Shown piece after piece: positions 1-12,900 of a DNA stretch of 64,000 nt. The position numbers and the translations under genes were made by a program. How positions within the stretch are numbered: position 1 is the stretch's first letter; every line of letters starts with the position of its first letter. The notes under the pieces were generated by a model that did no database searches, had not been told where the DNA came from, and was given only the letters and a program-made list of their open reading frames with translations. This stretch comes from Bacteroidales bacterium (GTDB lineage: Bacteria > Bacteroidota > Bacteroidia > Bacteroidales > UBA1715). Location: the NCBI GenBank assembly GCA_045600045.1, contig JAZRXD010000021.1, forward strand, positions 9,121 through 73,120. Direction: 5' to 3'.

Positions 1-384
1 GTAACGATACTTCATACGAAGATCGTCGCCGCCATCTGTATCATCTTGAATTGTGAATGGAGGAATTTCCGATGAATTCAAAATCGTAAGTTTATTCACG
101 ATAATTTCAACATCGCCAGTATCCATTTTTGGATTCTTGCTTGAACGTTCAACAACAGTTCCTTCTATTTGAATAACATATTCTCGTCCGAGTTTTTTTG
201 CTTCTTGACAAACTTCCGCATTTTGATTTTCGTCAAAAACCAACTGAGTGATACCATAACGGTCACGCAAGTCAACGAAAGTCATTCCACCCAATTCACG
301 GGTTTTTTGTACCCAACCAGCAAGGGTAACAGTTTTTGAAACATCGGAGATTCGTAATTCTCCGCACGTGTGTGTTCTGTACAT
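1..384 (-). CDS. aspS: aspartate--tRNA ligase, N-terminal 128 codons (rest lies beyond the window edge)
   Basis: Not in the ORF track because it runs off the edge. Reverse-strand translation from the ATG at 384-382 gives [44 protein letters not shown]..., the canonical AspRS N-terminal OB-fold. Confidence 0.9.
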   Translation of the reverse strand, partial: MYRTHTCGELRISDVSKTVTLAGWVQKTRELGGMTFVDLRDRYGITQLVFDENQNAEVCQEAKKLGREYVIQIEGTVVERSSKNPKMDTGDVEIIVNKLTILNSSEIPPFTIQDDTDGGDDLRMKYRY

Positions 385-421
385 AATGTTAAGTTTAAAA
401 CCGCTTTTTGAAAAAGCATCA

Positions 422-429
422 CAAAGATA
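422..429 (-). promoter_or_regulatory. Bacteroidota -7 promoter box (TATCTTTG) for aspS
   Basis: Exact TAnnTTTG match on the minus strand, 38 nt upstream of the aspS ATG. Confidence 0.45.
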
Positions 430-822
430 TTAAAAGTTATCAGTTGTCAGTTGTCTACTTTCAGAAAATTGATAAATGAAAACGGTCAAGTGCCAATTAA
501 AAAACACGTTTAAACATAGAACTGTCGCGTTTCTAATTTCTAAAATCGGGTAAGCTTTTTTACGTGAAATTCGCATTCCAAATCTTTTTGTCGATATTTT
601 GTTAATAAACCCGAAAATTTTGAACAAAATTAACTCGTTATTGTTGAAAAATACATAATTTTACTTTTACTAATTTGAAAAAAATAGTGCGTAAGGCGTA
701 GAGAACGAGAATGTTACAAAAATCACCTAAAAAGAAAGATTTTGGAGTTTTTTGTAACAAAATTGTCTTAGTGTGTGTCTTACAATATTATAGTGAGGTA
801 TCAAACTAAAAGATTAGATATT

Positions 823-903
823 ATGAGGGAACATTTATCTTCTTTAGTGAAAAAACTGGCAGTTGTTGCTATTTTATTCGCTTGTTCTTTAAGAGTATTT
901 GCC
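823..903 (+). other. signal peptide of the giant adhesin
   Basis: Basic n-region (KK), hydrophobic LAVVAILFACSL, and VFA|D cleavage-type motif. Confidence 0.7.
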
Positions 904-3900
904 GATGGTTCGCGCGATATGTATCCAGCTGATTATTATACATTGCATGGAATAACAAAAACTGATATAACTAAATATCGTGCACCTATAGTAGCATATG
1001 AAAAGATTGATGCTATTAGTGGTTGTCCATTTCCTACAAATGCGACAATGAAGGTGTATGCCAAAGAAGGTGAGAAAATTTATGTGGCTTCGAGTTTGTT
1101 TTCTACTAAACATAATGCTAATTCTAAAATTACTTATAAAGCACCCGATGGGGTTACGAGTGGCACGTTTACAAGAAATGGCAACATTGGATTGATTGCC
1201 AATAGAAAAGCGGAACTTGCGGGCCCAAAATTGCCAAATGGACAGCCTTCAAATGGATATCAATCTTGTGTCATTACGGTTGGAGCAGGACAAACAGGTG
1301 TCTGGGAAATTGAGTTTAATGGAAATGCTAACTATAACTATGACGACACAAAAACAGCAACTGTTGATGATTGGGTCGATGGGTCATCTTGCCTTATGAA
1401 TGCGTTCGATATTTCGGTGCTAAATGAGACAGGAGATGCGTTTATCCCTGGTCGTGTTTACACAAATGTATTGAATATATATTTTACATCTGCTACGCAA
1501 AAAGGTTATGCCGAAGAATGGTATTCGGGTTTTTATGTGCTTACCAATACTGGGTATTTGTATTATGTTGATGCAAATGGACAAAATCCATGTTTGGGAA
1601 CTTTCTTTGCGAACAACAAGGGAATTCAAACAGGGTATGGAGACTTTATACAATCTTCAACATCCATAAAATATGCTAAAGGCGGAAAACCTTCGTACAA
1701 TAGTGTAGTATGGGATACAGGTTCGGGTTTAGCAAAAGCTGGAACAATTCCAATTTACGATCCTCGTGTGCCTGACAATGTTGTTAAAAAGACAGATGCC
1801 GATGGCAATTTGGTGGATTATTATGAAGATGTGACGCACAAATTATTTTTCACGAAACCTGCTGCCGATATGCCGGAATTTGCGCCTTGCGTGTACGATG
1901 ATCAAGTTGTAACTACGTGGTTGATATCAAAAGAAAACGCAAAGAATGCTCCTGTTTTGTCGAATTTGTGTATCGCAGGTAAAGAAAGCCATTTGGCCTG
2001 CGTGTTGGGTCCCGAAGGTGTTGAAATATATTTCGATGCCAATTGTGCAGGTGATTTTATGATTGAAATGGATTTTGGTGAGGATTATACTCCTAGAATA
2101 TTGGAAGGTACGTGTATTGAAGGTGCAAATACTATAGATTGGGACGGAAAAGATGGTGATGGAAATTTGGTTGAAAATGCCATGATATCTCTTGCCGGAA
2201 AATTGAAATCTGCCGAAATACATTTTCCCTTTGTTGATTTGGACAACAACAAACATGGTCTTGTCTTAAATCAATTGAATGCCAATTGGAACGAGGTTGC
2301 ACGAAATATTATTTATTGGAATGATTCAAATGTGCAAACATCTAAAACAACTGGCGATAGTGAAATAGCTAGTGGTGAAAGTGGTGTAACAAGTCCAAAT
2401 CATAATTTTTCATATACTTCCACATCAGATGTGTCTGGTAAAAAAACTTCTCGCGGTGATTATGCTATTATAGATACATGGACATTTGCACAGGGAGCCA
2501 CAGCAAGTTCGCAAAACGCTGTTGTTCGTTCTAACTTTATAGATTTAAAAGCAACAAGTATTACATGTAACAAAACAGAAGCTCGCATAGGCGAACTACT
2601 TACTTATACCTTGGAGGTTGAAAACGTACACCACGATATGATTGAGTTACAGAGCGAAGGTGTGATGGTATCTACCGAGGCTGATGCCGATAGTGCTTCG
2701 GTTGGTGTATGGTTCCCTGATGGTGGGTTCTACACTACAGAAGTTTCTCTTGTTTCTTCCGATGACCCTGACTGTATTGTTGTTCAACAACCTTCGGGTG
2801 AAGAATTCGGTTTGGGTTTCATCAATCTTAAAAATGGTAAAAAAGCAACTATTAAGGTGACTGGTTATGCCGGTGCAAAAATGGCTCACTCTTTGGTTGA
2901 GCCAGTTGGCTTTATTATGCGTCCTGGTGACTATTTCGAAATTGATGCTGCCAATCTTAATAATGATGGTATGCCATTAATTCCACAAAGAACACAAAGT
3001 GGCGATAAAGATGGTGAGTACGATACTTACGATAATAATAACCTTACAACCGCTAATCCAGTAATTTTCTTCTTGAACTCGAATCCAATTTGTTCCGACG
3101 ATAATGTTTCGGGTGAAGCAAAAGTTCAAATTACGGGAAATGTATTCGACAATGATAATGATCCTGATAATGATTTGGACAGCGATCCACAAGTGATTAG
3201 CGATATTCTTATTGTTGAAAAATTCGATGTCGAAGGTGTTGGAACAAATTATACTCCTGGTTCTTCGGTTACAATTTCCAATGTTGGTACAGTTCGATTG
3301 AACCAAGATGGTTCGTTCACATTCACTTCGGTTGGAGCGTTTGTTGGTCCAGTCCCTGCAGTAACATACTATGTAAGTGACCAATATACGGCTGCTGCAA
3401 CTCCAGTGGAATTCAGAGATAAGGAAATTGCTCCCGGACGCGATACTGCGACCATATATATAGGTATTGCATACAACTTCCCTCCTGAAGTTTCGCCATT
3501 AGCTGTTACAATCGAACACAAATCTGCAAAAACTGCGTTGCCATTAACGTTCTCCGATATTGAAAATAATACAATTATTATTTCAAGTCTCACGGGCGAC
3601 GATGCTGAAAATTTTGAATTCACAGGAACTACCGTATATTATAATGGTACGGTTACTCGTGAAGATGCAGTGTATAATATTACATTAACGTTAACCGATG
3701 ATGGTGACAATGCAAAAACTGCTACTTACGATATTGCAGTTACAGTAAAGAAAAATAACGCACCTACAGTTTCGTCTTCTCCAATCGATGTTACTGCTGT
3801 TTCTGCTCAGACATTAGTACCTTATGTTTTCCGTGATGCTGAAAATGATCCTATTACTGTTGCTGTAAGCGGAACAGATTCCGATAAATTTACAGTAATT

Positions 3901-6900
3901 GACAATAAGGTGTATTATATAGGAGCTTTGACTCATGGAAAAACTACATACAATATAACTTTAACATTGAATGATGGTTATGGTGAAGTAACTCGTGATA
4001 TGGTTGTAAATGTGTTCGATAACCAAGAACCTGTTATTTCTCCATCGGTTATTACTATTGCTAAAACAGGAGATGAAACTTTGGTTCCTTTCGTTATCGA
4101 AGATAAAGATGGAGATATTGTCTCAATTACAAATATATCGGGAACTGATGCATCGAATTTTAAAATAAAGACAAATAAGATTTTCTATATTGGAGACGAA
4201 AACTTGTCTCGTGATGATGCAAATAACAATATAACAGTTACGCTAAGTGATGGTCTTATTTCTGTAAGTTACGATGTTGTTGTTGTGTTAGGGAAAAATC
4301 AGGCTCCTATTTTAACAACAAAATATGTTGAAATCACCGGCGTTGCATCGGATGTGGAAGTCCCTTTGACATTTGAGGATAAGGAAAACGAAACAGTTTC
4401 TATAACTGCAATAAACGGAGATGATGTCGACAAATTCTCGCTAGTTGACGGTACAATTTTTTATATAGGCGGTGTGCTTGATGAGCCACAAGTATATACG
4501 TTATCTGTTGTATTTACCGACGGAATTGCTCTCGAAACAGACAATATCAATGTTTCGATTCTTGTAAACAAAGCTCCAAGTGTTTCGCCGACTGCAATAA
4601 CAATAAAACGTTCAGGTACAGAAACATTGGTCCCAATTTCATTCTCCGACCCTGAAGATGATGCGTTGACTATTTCGGTAAATGATGTCACTAATTTTAA
4701 AATAAAAGATGGAAGTCTATATTATATAGGTAGTAATAAAACCGAAGATACTCCTTTTAATATTTCATTAACACTGAATGATGGAATAAATACTACTGTA
4801 CAACCAGTTACGGTTACGGTTTTAGGAAACAATCTTCCTGAACTTTCGCCTTCCTCTGTTACAATAACAGTTAAAAGGACAACAAGCAGTACGTCTACAA
4901 ATAATAATGTGCCTGTAACAATTTCTGATCCAGATGGAGATGAAATAACAAGTGTTACAATTACGAGTGGTAATGATAAAAATTATTTTACGGTATCGGG
5001 AACTCAAATTATTTTTAAATCCAATAAAAATAATGCAAATACAACAACAACTAATGGAACAACATATAATTTGACTATAGCAATCGTTTCAAATGGGGAA
5101 ACAACAACATTGCCTTTGGCTGTAAAAGTTAATGTTGTAAGTTCTTTAACTACACCAACTCTTACTGTTACGGGTTCTACTCAAGAGTATGGAACAAAAA
5201 TAAGTGAATGCTATACATTTTCAGCAAAGACTAGTTCTTTTTCGTCAACAAATGTTCAAGGTACAGCCTCAATTGTAGGTTATTCAGATGATTATATTCC
5301 TTCTGTAGGAATGCATACATATACTGTATTGTTTACTCCAAATGATTTGACAACGTATGCAACAACAACTAAAACAGTTAACATTACAATCAATAAGAAA
5401 GCAATAACTGTAACATCTGCATCTGGTAGCAAAGAATATGACGGAACGGAGTTAAAAGCAGAAAGTGCATCAGTAACTACAGGTTCATTGGTTGGAGATG
5501 ATATATTGTATTATTCTGATTTTACAAGCATAACAAATGTAGGCTCTGCAGAAAACAATTTTACAATAACAGGGGACGATACGGACAATTACGAAATAAC
5601 CCAAGAAAAAGGTACTTTGTCTATCACAAAGAACACAACAGATGAAAAAATAGTAACTATTACTGGTAATAGTGGAACAAAAATATATAATGGTTCTTCC
5701 CAAAGTGTATCTGGTTTTACTCATGATGCATCTCCAGAATTTACTGTTGCATTAAAATCGGGGAAAAAAGCCGTTGCGACAGGCACGAACGCGGGGACTT
5801 ACAATATGGGTCTAAAAGCCGATATGTTCAATGTAAGTTCTACGAACTACTCAAATATAAAGATTACAGTTGTTGACGGAACGTTGACAATCGCACCAGA
5901 TGCCGTGACCGAGAAGGAAATCACCATCACGGGTAACAACGACGAGAAAACATACACAGGCAGTTCACAGTCAGTTACGGGCTTCACGCATGACGGCGAC
6001 GCAAACTTCACAGTATCGTTGAAGAGTGGCGAGAAAGCTGAAGCATCTGGAACGAACGCTGGCACATACCCAATGGGCTTGACTGCCGATATGTTTAATG
6101 TAAGCTCTACGAACTACTCAAATATAAAGATTACGGTTGTTGACGGAACGTTGACAATCACACCGGATGCCGTGACCGAGAAGGAAATCACCATCACAGG
6201 TAACAACGACGAGAAAACATACACAGGCAGTTCACAGTCAGTTACGGGCTTCACTCACGACGGCGATGCAAGCTTCACAGTGGCATTGAAGAGCGGAAAG
6301 TCGGCAGTTGCATCGGGAACAAATGCTGGTTCATACACAATGGGCTTGACAGCCGACATGTTCAATGTGTCATCGACGAACTACTCAAATATAAAGGTTA
6401 CGGTTGAGGACGGAACGTTGAAAATCGAACCGAAAAATATTTTAATAAAAGGAGGTTCTACGGTAGAGGATAAATACTACGATGGAACAACAGCAACAAC
6501 AACTACACTTGGATCAGTAGATGGAATAGTAGATGGTGATGATGTAACGATAACAGCAGTTGGTACATTGGTAGACGCAAATGCGGGTACTGACAAAACA
6601 GTAAACATTGTTTATACATTGTCTGGTGCAGATAAAGACAATTATGTGGAAATTCTCGGTGAAACAAAAAAAATAACAGTAAGCAAGGCTCCAATCACAG
6701 TAACAACACCGACAGTAAAAGATAAAGAATACGATGCGACGACAGCCGCAGAAATAGACGGAACCCTATCATTTACAGGTGTACAGAACAACGAAGGCAC
6801 AAGCGTAATAAACGTAACGGCCGTTGCCAAATTTGAGGACGTAAAAGTAGGTGACGACAAAGATGTAACAGTAACCTATACTCTTGAAGGAACAGGAAAA

Positions 6901-9900
6901 GACAACTATGTATTGTCAAGCACAACAGGAACAACCACAGCCGACATCACTGCAAAAGAAATCACCCCGTCAGCAACGGGAGTTGATAAGGAATACGATG
7001 GCACAACGACAGCAACGGTAACGAGCGTTTCAGGAAGGGGAATCCTTACTGGCGATGATGTAACAGTAACAGCAACTTCGGCAAACTTTGCTACTGCAAG
7101 CGTAGGAACAAACAAAACTATTACGGTAACCTATTCATTAAGCGGTGCGGATGCAAGTAACTATGTACTTGGCACTTCAACAGCAATCACAGCCGACATA
7201 ACTTCAGCACCAATCACGGTAACATCGGTAACAGCGTCAGACAAGGAATATGACGGTACTACAGATGCGACGATAGGCTCGGTAGTTTTCAGTGGAGTAC
7301 AAAACAGCGAAGGCTCGAGCGTAATCAACGTAACAGCAACAGCTTCGTTTGCCGATGCAAATGTAGGTAAAGACAAAACCGTCAATATAGCATCATACAC
7401 ATTGACAGGAACAGGGGCAAGCAACTATCAGTTAGCAACAGGAGCTCCAACGGCAACAGAAGCCGACATCACAGCAAAAGAAGTAACAATCACAGTTGAT
7501 GATAAAGAAAAGGTCTATGGAGCCACGAACCCAACATTCACAGGTTCTGTATCAGGTTTGATAAACAACAGCGATCTTGGCACAATCTCGTATTCACGTA
7601 TCAGCACAAATGAAAATGCAGGTACGTACACCAACGATTTGACAGCAAGCTACACGACCAACACGAATTACAACGTGTCGGTAACAAAAGGAACGTTCAC
7701 AATTAAACCGATAACAGACGAAATTACGGTAACCATAACAGGAAACAGTGATGAAAAAACATACAGTGGCAGTTCACAGTCGGTAACGGGCTTCACGCAC
7801 GACGGCGACGCAAGCTTCACAGTATCGTTGAAGGAAGGCAAGAAAGCGGAAGCATCCGGCACGAACGCCGGCACGTACGCAATGGGCTTGACAGCCGACA
7901 TGTTCAATGTGTCATCGACGAACTACTCAAATATAAAGGTTACGGTAGAAGACGGAACATTGACAATCACTCCTGATGCGGTAACCGAAAAGGAAATCAC
8001 AATCACGGGTAACAGCGACGAGAAAACATACACAGGCAGTCCTCAGTCGGTAACGGGCTTCACGCACGACGGCGACGCAAGCTTCACAGTATCGTTGAAG
8101 GAAGGCAAGAAAGCGGAAGCATCCGGCACGAACGCCGGCACGTACACAATGGGCTTAACATCGGATATGTTTAATGTAAGTTCGACGAACTACTCAAATA
8201 TAAAGGTTACGGTAGAAGACGGAACATTGACAATCACACCGAAAGAGGTTGATGACGAAGCATATACAGTGACATTAAGCAGCGGAGACAGCTATGAATA
8301 CAACGGTTTGGCACAAGTTCCGGCAGTAGTTGTGAAGGTCAACGGTGTTGAGGTTTCATCAACGGAATATCAGGTGGAATATTCAAACAATAAAAATGTC
8401 GGAGAAGCAACCATCACGGTTACCGATGCCGCAAACGGCAATTATGCTTTTGAAGAAAAGAGCGTAGTTTTCACAATCACTCCCGCAACAATTACGGTAA
8501 ATGGTTCAACAGCAAGCTCCAAAGAATATGATGGTTCAACTTCGGCAACAATAAGTGCTATTGATTTTGAAGGCGTTCAGAATGAAGAATCAACTTCAGT
8601 AATCAATGTTGTAGCAACAACGGCATCGTTCGACAATGCAAATGTAGGAACAGGAAAGACAGTAAGCGTGACATACGCATTGTCGGGAACAGGAGCTTCG
8701 AACTATGTCCTTGCAAATAATAACGGAACAACGACTGGTACAATAACACCAAAAGAGGTGATTTTGAGTTGGGGAACAACAACATTCACATACAATGGTT
8801 CTGTCAAGACAGTAACAGCAGTGGTAACGAACAAGGTAGGATCCGAAACGGTCAATGTGGCAACATACAGCGGCAATACCGAGACAGAAGCTGGAAAATA
8901 TATAGCGACAGCTTTAACATTGGATAACAGCAACTATAAATTGCCGTTAAATGCAACGCAATCATGGTCAATTGAAAAATCGGAAACTGAAAAAGAAATC
9001 ACCATCACAGGTAACAATGATATAAAAATATTCAATGGTAGCACGCAGTCAGTCGAAGGCTTTACGCATGACGGCGACGCAAGCTTCACGGTGGCGTTGA
9101 AGAGCGGAAAATCTGCAATTGCATCAGGCAAGAACGCTGGTTTATATACAATGGGCTTGACGGCAGATATGTTTGATGTAAGTTCAACGAATTATTCAAA
9201 CATAAAGGTTACGATTGTAGATGGTAAATTGACAATCAATTCTCAGACTATCGACGATGATGCTTACGCAATTTCAATCGATGGCGACGAAACATTTACA
9301 TACGATGGAACGTCAAAAGAGCCGAAGATTGTCGTAAAAGTTGGTGAAACAGAAGTTGATGTTGTTGAATACAAAGTTGAATATTTCAGTAATATCAACG
9401 CTGGTACGGCAACAGTGAAGGTTTCCGATGTAGCAAACGGCAACTACACTTTTGCAGACAAGAGTATCAATTTTACAATTGAAAAAGCTACAATTACTGT
9501 AAATGGCTCGATAGCAAGTTCTAAAGAATATGATGGTTTAACTTTGGCAACAATAAGCTCTATTGATTTTGAAGGTGTTCAGAATGAAGAATCGACTTCG
9601 GTAATCAATGTGATTGCAACAACTGCTGCATTTGAGGATGCGAATGCCGAAAATGACAAAACGGTTAATGTAACGTATGCATTGGAAGGAACTGGAATTC
9701 CGAATTATAAACTAGCTGCTACTTCTGGCACAACAATAGCCAATATTACTGCTAAAGAAGTTGAATTGTCTTGGAAACCAAGTCCGGCATTGTTCTCGTA
9801 CGATGGTACGGTTAAAACTGTTACTGCAACGGTTCAAAATCCAGTTGGGTCGGATGTCGTTACGGTAACGAAATATAACAACAATACAAAAACTGATGCT

Positions 9901-12900
9901 GGTGAATATGTTGCAGAGGCTATAGAATTAAGTAGCTCTAACTACAAATTACCTGCAAATGCAAAACAAACTTGGTCAATTGCTGAAGGTATCTTTACTG
10001 TTTCGTTGGATGACGATACATATACGTATGACGGTATTGCACACCATAATACAAAAACAGCAAGTTGTACGGCTATAGGAGGTACTACGGAATATCAATA
10101 TTCATTCGATAAAGAAACATGGGTTTCTGATTTGGCTGATCTTGAACAAACAAATGCAGGCACATATACAATCAATGTAAAAGCTTCGAATTCAAAATAT
10201 AAAACAGATGCAACTTGTACAGCAAGTTTGATTATCAATAAGGCAACAATTACGGTAGAAGAGGTTTTGGTGGCCGACAAATATTACGATGGAACAAAAA
10301 CAGCTGTTGTTTCTGATGTTACATTTTCAGGTAATGTTTCTGGGCAAGGTTCTGAAATAGTTACAGTTACGCCTTCTGCTTCATTTATTGATGCAAATGT
10401 TGGCACAGAAAAGACTGTAAATGTTGTATATACATTAGCTGGAACTGGTGCTTCGAACTATGTACTTGCAAGTGAATCGGGTTCAACAACAGCCGATATC
10501 AATGCTAAGAATGTTGTAATTACTGTAAATTCATCGTATAAAACTTACGGAGAATCAGATCCTACATTTACAGGTTCTGTTGATGGTTTGGTACAAGCCG
10601 GCGATCTTGGAACAATCAGTTATGTACGTACAAATAGTAGTGTAAGTGCTGCCGACAGTTACGAAAAAGTAATCAATGCTATTTTTGATGCAAATGCGAA
10701 CTATGATGTAAAGGTTGAAAAAGGTGATTTCACAATCAATCAAAAAGAAGTTGAGTTAGTTTGGAGTTCTACAATTGAGTTTGATTATGACGGTAGCAAA
10801 CATAGTGTTTCAGTTTCGGTTAAGGCGGAAAGTTTGGTTGGAACAGACGAATGTTCAGTGGAAGTTTATGATAATGAACAAACTGCAGTAGGTAATTATA
10901 CTGCAACTGCAATAGGCTTGAGTAATGAAAATTACAAATTACCATCTAGCGGAACACAATTATCTTGGGCAATTGTTTCTTCGGAAACTGCTCCGGTTAT
11001 TACTTGGAATATTGGTGAACTTGAAAGTTACAAATACGATGGTACAGAAAAAACTCCTGCTCCATCTTCTATCCAAGTAAATGATGTTGATTTGATAAAA
11101 GATGTTGATTATACAATTTCTTATGCCAATAATAAAAATGCAGGAACGGCAACTGTCACTATAAAAGCAAAAGGTGGTTATTCGTTCGACGATGTGACAA
11201 AAGAATTCGCAATTGCGAAACGTATAGTTACATTAACTTCCGATAACGGCGAAAAAACGTATGATGGAACAGCTTTAACAAATAGTACGGTGTTCGTTGG
11301 CGACGACAAATTTGTTGACGGCGAAGGTGCAACCTATTCTGTAACTGGAACTCAGACAAATGCTGGTTCAAGTCAAAATACATTTACTTATGAATTGAAA
11401 GAAGGAACATCGGCATTAAATTACGAAATCAGTTCGATTTATGGGGCTTTGAATGTACTTACCTACGACGAAAAATACACTATTACAGTTAATGGTAATA
11501 AGGCAACAGTTCCATTTACTGGCGAAGAACAAAGCATAAGTGGTTATACAATAAGTGATTACGATGCAACAATCACATTAAATGGACCAGAACAAACTTC
11601 TGTTAAGGCAACAGGTTCAGCTGTAGGTTCATACAATATGGGATTGAAAGTTGAAGATTTCACTGCAACTTCATCTAACTATACAAATATTGAAATCGTT
11701 GTAAAAGATGGTAAACTAACAATCAGCACAAAAGCTATTGTTGTAACTGCAACTATTGATGAGGATGAAATTATTTATGATGGTTCGGAACACAAACCAA
11801 CATATACTGTAGTTGATGGCAACGAACAAGTAATTTCTCCAGACGAATATATTGTTGAATATTCTGAAAATACGACTGATGCTGGTGAAGTGACAGTTAC
11901 AATCAGTCCAAAAGAAGGGTCATCTTTCGATTTCGAACCAATTGTTGAAACATTTACGATTGAGCAAAAAACAGTGACTTTGGAATGGAATTCTGATTCT
12001 CCATTTGAGTTTGATAATACAGAAAAATCGGTAAGTATTAAATCAGTTGCTGGTATTGTTTCTGGTGATGAATGTTCTATTGTTCTTTCAGGTGATAAGG
12101 GAACCGAAGTCAAAGAATACGAAGCTACGGCAAGTCTTAGCGGTAAAGATAAGGGCAATTATAAATTGGCAAGCGACAATAGCTCTTTGGCTTGGGAAAT
12201 AACAACTAAGGAACTTGAAAAAACGAATTTCACAATCAGTGGCGACGAAGTTGTTTACAATGGCGAATCACAAGATGTTTCGTTCACGTCCGATCCTGAG
12301 TTGATTGAGGGTACAGATTACGAAGTGTACTATAAAATTGATGGTGAATGGACAACAGAAGCTCCATCAAATGCTGGGGAATATGAAGTGAAAATTGAGA
12401 TTATCAATCCAAATTATTCTGATGAGGATATTGAAGGTTGGACATTGGTAATTCAACAAAAAGAAGTTTCTCTTGTTTGGAGCAAAACTACTTCATTTGA
12501 ATATGACGGAACTGCAAAATCTGTAACAGCAGAGCTTGAAGATGTATTGAGTGGCGATGATTGTAAAGTTGTGTTGAGTAACAATACCAATACCGCTGTT
12601 GGTGAATACATTGCCACTGCATCGCTTGATGGAGCAGATAAAAACAATTATATAATCAAAGGTTCTACAAGTTTGGCTTGGGAAATTCTTATATCAGGTG
12701 ATGAATATGTAATTACGGTAACAGGAAATTCTGCAACAAAAGTATATAATGGTTCAGAACAAAATGTAAGTGGTTATACAGTAAGTTCTTACGATGCTTC
12801 TATTACATTTAATGGTCCTGCACAAGATGATGCTGTTGCAAAAGGAACTACTACGGGTACATATTATATGGGATTGACAAAGAGTGATTTCTCAGCATCT

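Noticed and set aside
403-417. Palindrome GCTTTTTGAAAAAGC in the aspS leader
   Set aside because: It is almost entirely A/T and low-complexity with a 1-nt centre, so it cannot be distinguished from chance.
430-627. 65-aa ORF in the aspS/adhesin intergenic region
   Set aside because: It sits in an AT-rich promoter region, has no motif or start context, and overlaps the aspS -7 box by one nucleotide at 429-430.
775-822. Upstream GTG start for the giant adhesin (track start)
   Set aside because: It would add 16 residues (MSYNIIVRYQTKRLDI) ahead of a textbook signal peptide that begins at the ATG at 823.
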